Source: Sedimentisphaerales bacterium (GTDB taxonomy: Bacteria > Planctomycetota > Phycisphaerae > Sedimentisphaerales > SM23-30). From it: DNA of 64,000 bases. The notes beneath the pieces are model-generated. The model was not told where the DNA came from. It worked only from the letters and a program-made list of their open reading frames with translations, and made no database searches. Within the stretch, counting starts at the first letter, position 1. Each line of letters starts with the position of its first letter. A program made the translations under genes and the position numbers. Location of the stretch: NCBI GenBank assembly GCA_963663805.2, contig CAXXMR010000002.1:1-64000 (forward strand), given 5' to 3'. Positions 58,560-64,000 of the stretch are shown piece by piece.

Positions 58560-60563
58560 TCATACTACCGGGGCCGCCGCTGCGTCAGGACCGGTCGATT
58601 CCGTAACCGTACGCTCCCGCTCCTGTTCCGCCGCAATACTTGCCGCGTGGTCCGCCTGGTCTTCACCAAAACGCACCAGCCGGGCACTGTTAAATACAAC
58701 AAACAAGGACACGCATAAGTGAAGTATCACTGCCAGCACCGGATTTATCCAGCCCAGCACAGTAAAGATTCCACCTATCACCAAAAACGACATTCCAAAA
58801 AACAGGTTCTGTATCACTACCTGCCGAGTCACCCGCGACAAACGCACCAGGAAAGCAACCCGACGCAAATCATTGTTCATTAGAGCAATCGATGCACTGT
58901 TAATCGCTACATCACTACCGGCCGCCCCCATCGCTACACCCAAATCACCCGCCGCCAAAGCCGGTGCATCATTAACACCGTCACCAACAACAGCGACCAG
59001 ATGACCATCACTTTGCAAATCATGCACCAGGTGCAGCTTCTCATGCGGCAGACATTCAGCCTTTACTTCACCGCAACCCATCTCCGCCGCAACCCGCTTG
59101 GCAACCGCCAGCCGGTCACCAGTTACCATGACCAGACGCTTCATGCCCAAATCCGCCAGCTCCTCAATCGCCAGACGAGCTTCCGGACGCGTCCGGTCTT
59201 CCATACCCACCCAACCGATACATTTATTCTCAGACGCCACATATAAAAGACTCACGCCTTCCGGGGCCGCCATATCTTCCGTATTCGTCGCCGACATATC
59301 AACGCCCTGCTCAGCCAGCCAGGTCTCCCGACCAACCAGAACGGCCTTGCCGTTGATGTTAGCCTTGACACCGCGACCGGAAATCTCCTCAAAATTCTCC
59401 GGCTTGACCAGTTTCAGATTCGCCTGCTTAGCAACTTCCACCAAGGCATGCGCCGCGGGGTGTTTACTGAACTGCTCGGCACCTGCCGCCGCCGAAAGCA
59501 TCTCGGCAGGGTCAACACCTGCCGCCGGAGTCAGCTTCGTTACCGCCAGTTTACCGGTGGTCAGCGTCCCTGTTTTATCAAATACAATTGCCGTCAGCTT
59601 GCCCGCCGATTCCAAATCCTGAACATTCTTAACCAGAATACCCAACCGCGCCGCACAACTCAACGCCGCCACCATCGCCGTCGGGGTCGCTAGCACCAAA
59701 GCACACGGACACGACACAACCAGTAACGCGATAGTACGTTCGATATTCGTAAACGCCATCACAATCGCCGCCACCATCAGAATTGTCGGCAAATACCAAT
59801 GCATATATTTTTCGATAATACGCATAATCGGAATCTTCGTCGACTCCGCCTGCATAATCAAAGACTGCACCCGCCCCAGCGTCGTATCACTGCCGGCGGT
59901 AGCCACCTCAATATCCAGAACACCCGTCAGGTTCGTCGTACCGGCAAAAACCGTATCGCCTGCCGACTTGTCCGCCGGAATCGATTCACCGGTAATCGTC
60001 GCCTCATTAACCGTCGAGTCACCCACCGCGACCTTACCGTCAGCGGGAAGATTATCACCAGGCCGTACCCGCACCAAATCGCCCGGCTTCAACTGACTTA
60101 CCTCAACTTCACGCTCCGAACCATCCTTACTCAACAAATGGGCCTGTGTCGGCGTCATCTTTATCAGAGACTCAATGGAAGCTCGAGCCCCCAACGCCGT
60201 CCGCGTCTCCACCAGCTCCGAAATCAGCATAAAGAACGCCACCGTCCCCGCCACCCGGTATTCACCTATCGCGAACGCCGCCACAATCGCCAACGCCACC
60301 AGCTCATCCATATGCGAATGACCCAGCAACAGCGCCTTCACCGCGTGAATCACCACCGGAGCAGCCAAAAGCACCGAGCCTATCATCGCCATCAAATCCG
60401 CATAGTCCGGCGTATCCGGATATATGTAGCCCACGATGATACTGTTTATCAGCAGCACCCCGCCCATCAGCGTGCCCAGCAGACTCAAACTGACCTTCGA
60501 ACTCTTGGACTCCGCTGAGTCCATTTCGTGTCCCGATATATTATGAATACTATGTCCAGCCAT
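58560..60563 (-). CDS. P1B-type heavy-metal translocating ATPase
   Basis: TGES, SCPC, DKTGT, HP and GDGVNDAP motifs; no CxxC N-terminal metal-binding domain. Confidence 0.93.
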   Translation of the reverse strand: MAGHSIHNISGHEMDSAESKSSKVSLSLLGTLMGGVLLINSIIVGYIYPDTPDYADLMAMIGSVLLAAPVVIHAVKALLLGHSHMDELVALAIVAAFAIGEYRVAGTVAFFMLISELVETRTALGARASIESLIKMTPTQAHLLSKDGSEREVEVSQLKPGDLVRVRPGDNLPADGKVAVGDSTVNEATITGESIPADKSAGDTVFAGTTNLTGVLDIEVATAGSDTTLGRVQSLIMQAESTKIPIMRIIEKYMHWYLPTILMVAAIVMAFTNIERTIALLVVSCPCALVLATPTAMVAALSCAARLGILVKNVQDLESAGKLTAIVFDKTGTLTTGKLAVTKLTPAAGVDPAEMLSAAAGAEQFSKHPAAHALVEVAKQANLKLVKPENFEEISGRGVKANINGKAVLVGRETWLAEQGVDMSATNTEDMAAPEGVSLLYVASENKCIGWVGMEDRTRPEARLAIEELADLGMKRLVMVTGDRLAVAKRVAAEMGCGEVKAECLPHEKLHLVHDLQSDGHLVAVVGDGVNDAPALAAGDLGVAMGAAGSDVAINSASIALMNNDLRRVAFLVRLSRVTRQVVIQNLFFGMSFLVIGGIFTVLGWINPVLAVILHLCVSLFVVFNSARLVRFGEDQADHAASIAAEQERERTVTESTGPDAAAAPVV

Positions 60564-60606
60564 TATATACTTTCCTGATTAACGTTTCGTCAACACCCGC
60601 AACGCG

Positions 60607-61887
60607 TTAATTTCTCTTTGCCTTTGCCTTAGCCTTACGCTTTTGAATCATGGGGTCGCGATTCAGCATCGGGCGCCATTCCATCTTCGCCCCATCGGTA
60701 CTGCTCACCACAAAAACTTCCTGAGCATTCCCCATCACCGTCCGCAGCATTTCCTGATACTGCTGGTCGATCGTCTGGGCCAAAAGTTCCGTGCGATACT
60801 GCTTAACCTTGGCTGTCCGTTCCGGTGCGTCTTTGGCCACCGCTTCCTCAGCCGAAGCATCTACCTTATCCAGAATCGCCCGCAGATAATTCGCTTCCGC
60901 CCGGGCCGACTCGGTTACCTTAGTACGATACGCCTCGGCTTCAGCCACGATAATCTCCGCTTGCGAATATGCTTCGCTGCGCAGTTCAGCCTGACGGCCC
61001 TTGGCTTCATCCACCAGCCGGTCCTTTTCCTGACGAGCACCGTTGGCACGGTCAAACGAATCCTGAACCTGACGCGGCGTAGCCTTCTCCACAAAAACCA
61101 GTGTCGTACTCAAACCCAAATCCAGTTCCGCCAGACGCGTCGTCATGCGAATCTGAACATCTTCACGAAAAATCCGGTCTTCCGCCCAGATTATCTTTTC
61201 AATGTCACTGTTGGCACTGGCAACCACCACCGCGTCCGACAAAACATTTGCCAGCAGTTCCTCAACTGCCCGCCAGCCGTCGTCGGTGCCGTCCCAGATA
61301 CTCTCGAAAAACGCCACCGGGTCATCAACCGAATAATTGATACGCCAACGCGTATGCACAACATTATAATCCGTGACCGCCTCGTCAGCACCCTTGCCTT
61401 CGGCGAACGACAAATCAGTAGCGCTCTGCGAAGCCGTCAAAGTATAACGGTCTTGCAAAAACTGCAACGTCGGTGAGGGCCTCATATTCTGAACACCCGC
61501 CTTTTCCTTCTCGGTCATGAAATACCAAAAATCAACATCCAGCTCCCGCTGAGCCGTGCTGACCTTGATTATCTCATCTATCGGAGCGGGCCATTTAATA
61601 TGCAAACCCGGCTCCTTGATCGCCGTTACCTCGCCGCCCAACCGCTGACCAAAACGCAACACAATAGCGTTCTCATTCTGCTCAACCGTATAAACACTAC
61701 GCCAGTAAGCAAACAAAATTACCACTATTACCATTATCACTTTCAGTAGCCGAAACAGCCACTTCAACGCCTGGCTCAAGGCCTGATTACCAGGATCCAG
61801 AAGCAGCTCGTCCTGGCCGTCATCGTGAACATCATGATGATGGTGATGGTGATGGTCATGGCCGTGATGATGATCTATCGGACTCAT
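60607..61887 (-). CDS. SPFH protein, HflK-like, with a His-rich N-terminus
   Basis: DHHHGHDHHHHHHHDVHD; TM helix; ENAIVLRFG, PGLHIKWPAPIDE, AEAEAYR. Confidence 0.85.
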   Translation of the reverse strand: MSPIDHHHGHDHHHHHHHDVHDDGQDELLLDPGNQALSQALKWLFRLLKVIMVIVVILFAYWRSVYTVEQNENAIVLRFGQRLGGEVTAIKEPGLHIKWPAPIDEIIKVSTAQRELDVDFWYFMTEKEKAGVQNMRPSPTLQFLQDRYTLTASQSATDLSFAEGKGADEAVTDYNVVHTRWRINYSVDDPVAFFESIWDGTDDGWRAVEELLANVLSDAVVVASANSDIEKIIWAEDRIFREDVQIRMTTRLAELDLGLSTTLVFVEKATPRQVQDSFDRANGARQEKDRLVDEAKGRQAELRSEAYSQAEIIVAEAEAYRTKVTESARAEANYLRAILDKVDASAEEAVAKDAPERTAKVKQYRTELLAQTIDQQYQEMLRTVMGNAQEVFVVSSTDGAKMEWRPMLNRDPMIQKRKAKAKAKRN

Positions 61888-61947
61888 ATGCAATCTCCAA
61901 AAACCGCGTCCCCCAAACCGCCGCTTATACTATTATTACCACTTAAT

Positions 61948-62892
61948 CTATTTCGTCGCCAAAGGACCATACTCAGGACCACTGCTCAGCAGATTATACG
62001 CCGGCGAATCACTGTCTATCACAATTGTCGTACGGTCATTCAAAGTAGTACGCAGTGTGTCCAGACGACGCAGGAAGTTCGCCAGCTCCGGCTCATCCAC
62101 AAACTTGGCGTAATGCTGGGCCGCTTCAGCGTCACCCTGTCCCTTAATTGAACGGGCCTTGGCTTCAGCGTCCGCCATAATCCGAGTCTTGGCAGCTTCA
62201 GCCTTGCCGCGAATACTCTCGGCTTCAGCCTTGCCTTCAGCCAGCAGGCGATTCGTCTCAGCGTTACGCTCTTCTTTCATACGAGCGAACACCGCACTGC
62301 TCACGCTGTCCGGCACACCCAAACGCGAAATACCCATATCGACTATCTCGATACCGGAACCCGCCGCCTTTTCCCGAACCCGCGCCAGCATCCCACCCGC
62401 GCTGCCATCCTTGCCCGTCTCGACTTCCAACAAACGAAACTGCTCAGGATTAAGCGTTACCAGCTCGCCCAGACGATACTCAGCGAAAACATTATGGGCT
62501 TCCGAAACCCAGCCGCCCAGAATAGATTCGGCGTGAGCGATAACATCAGCTTCCGTAAACGACGAGTCTTTCAAAAACGTCGTATAAAACTGACGCACAT
62601 CGACAATCCGCCAGTTTACATAAGCCTGAGCGATAATCGTCTGCTTATCACGAGTCTGAATCTGCGTAGCCTTGGGCTCATAGGTCTTGATGCGACCGTC
62701 AAAGGTAACTACCTTCTGAATCGGATAAGGCCATTTCCATTTCAGACCCGGCTCAACTTCTACCCGGCTTATCTTGCCCAGCGTAACTACCAACGCTTGT
62801 TCTTTCCAACGCAGTGTAAAAGCCACCGAATAAAGAACCAGCACCGCAACCACCGCCATACTGACAATTATGCCTGTCAAATGTTTCTTCAC
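61948..62892 (-). CDS. SPFH protein, HflC-like
   Basis: EPGLKWKWPYPIQ, TRDKQ, VFARMKEER, GQGDAEAA. Confidence 0.88.
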   Translation of the reverse strand: MKKHLTGIIVSMAVVAVLVLYSVAFTLRWKEQALVVTLGKISRVEVEPGLKWKWPYPIQKVVTFDGRIKTYEPKATQIQTRDKQTIIAQAYVNWRIVDVRQFYTTFLKDSSFTEADVIAHAESILGGWVSEAHNVFAEYRLGELVTLNPEQFRLLEVETGKDGSAGGMLARVREKAAGSGIEIVDMGISRLGVPDSVSSAVFARMKEERNAETNRLLAEGKAEAESIRGKAEAAKTRIMADAEAKARSIKGQGDAEAAQHYAKFVDEPELANFLRRLDTLRTTLNDRTTIVIDSDSPAYNLLSSGPEYGPLATK

Positions 62893-62906
62893 GTGTAAGT
62901 CTCCTA

Positions 62907-64000
62907 TTAGTCTTCTGTAAGACCTAAATCTTCAAACAGATCCGGCTGCAACTCTTCTTTCAAATCTATTTCATATACCCAACTGCCAACCTTATCGGAA
63001 GCCAGAACATACTTACGCAGCGCCGGCATATACTCATCCAAAACCGCCAGGTATTCACGCCAAAGATAAATGTCCTTCGCTAGTTTATAGGCCTCAACCT
63101 GACTGCCAAAACGCTCCGCCGAAGCACGCGACAAACTCGCCCGTTCAACCGAATACGCCTCAGCTTCAGAAATCATCACCGAACTGGCACCCGCCGCCTC
63201 TTCGCGAATCCGGCTGTCCTCACCCTGAGCCCCCAGAACCGAAGCCTGCTTCTCCTGCAACGCCGAAACCACTTTCTCAAATGACTCAGCTACTTCAACC
63301 GGAGGATGAACCGACTCCAAACCCACAAACTCAATCTTTACACCCATCTGATATTTATCAGCGTGCGACTGAATCTCAACCTTTAGCTGCTGCGTCGTCG
63401 CTTCCCGGCCTGGACCCATCAGACTCTGCACATCCGACTGAGCCGCGTACTGAACCGCCTGGCGATAGCACAAAGCCTTCAATAGCTTGGCCGGATCCTG
63501 ATAACCCAGCTCAGCACTGTAGCCATATTTCGCCACATCAGATATCCGATAATGAACCACCAAAGCCACCACCAGCAAATCAAAATTACCCTTTATCTGA
63601 CCTTCGCCCGCGGTATCTTTGTCCATCGAACTCTGCCGCTGCGATGCCACCACAAAAGGAAATTCATTCTTCCAGTGCGATACCGTCCACAGCACCGGAC
63701 GGTTCATGCCTTCATCTTCAAAACGCTCGAAACCAACTTCGATTACCTGAATCTGCTCAACCGCGAACATCCGAACCTTATCAACAGGCCACGGATATTT
63801 CAAATGCATACCACTCTGCAAAGGAGAGCTCAGATTTATCGGCTCACCCCAACGCTCCATTATACCTTCATGACCCGGCGGGATAATCACCGTGCAGCTC
63901 ACCAGCCACAAAGCGATCACCATCACTGCCAGCAGCGGCACAACCGCCCGCTCCAGCAGCTTATAAAACCACGTCTCCGATACCTTAAAGCCAAACTGAT
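62907..64000 (-). CDS. SPFH protein, HflK-like; 5' part lies outside the window
   Basis: GIMERWG, GMHLKYPWPVD, VHPPVEVAESFEKV; the reading frame is open to the window edge. Confidence 0.85.
   Translation of the reverse strand, partial: QFGFKVSETWFYKLLERAVVPLLAVMVIALWLVSCTVIIPPGHEGIMERWGEPINLSSPLQSGMHLKYPWPVDKVRMFAVEQIQVIEVGFERFEDEGMNRPVLWTVSHWKNEFPFVVASQRQSSMDKDTAGEGQIKGNFDLLVVALVVHYRISDVAKYGYSAELGYQDPAKLLKALCYRQAVQYAAQSDVQSLMGPGREATTQQLKVEIQSHADKYQMGVKIEFVGLESVHPPVEVAESFEKVVSALQEKQASVLGAQGEDSRIREEAAGASSVMISEAEAYSVERASLSRASAERFGSQVEAYKLAKDIYLWREYLAVLDEYMPALRKYVLASDKVGSWVYEIDLKEELQPDLFEDLGLTED

Overview
This is a bacterial chromosomal window, most likely Planctomycetota of the Phycisphaerae/Sedimentisphaerales type. 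That assignment is inferred from the LEPR-XLL-type leader, PEP-CTERM and RCC1/dockerin-like surface proteins, a Zn-ribbon LepB and the gene style. Housekeeping genes include trpS, scpA, a RidA-family gene, trxA, trpC, pyrD/pyrK, larE, lepB, an MscS-family gene, rpmE, prfA, a TrmH-family gene, rodA/ftsW, trpG/pabA and mqnE. The first ~3 kb carries many frameshifts that look like sequencing errors. One intact IS1634-family element is present. Three accessory or poorly characterised loci stand out. (1) DUF3467, a 2235-aa LEPR-XLL-leader beta-helical surface protein and three membrane-fusion proteins, one fused to an M50 protease, with no ABC ATPase in the locus. (2) A three-unit tandem array (36.5-45.5 kb, minus strand) of [structured RNA B - promoter - structured RNA A - PEP-CTERM gene - RCC1 gene]. 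It holds six divergent copies of an unrecognised ~150-165 nt RNA fold with extensive compensatory base changes and a covarying alternative pairing. This is the best candidate for an undescribed system. (3) An operon of three SPFH (HflK/C-like) genes, a P1B ATPase, an ABC transporter and unknown genes. Also seen: a 20-bp tandem repeat array, a candidate anti-Shine-Dalgarno sRNA and dispersed REP-like repeats. All calls are by eye; no searches or folding programs were run.
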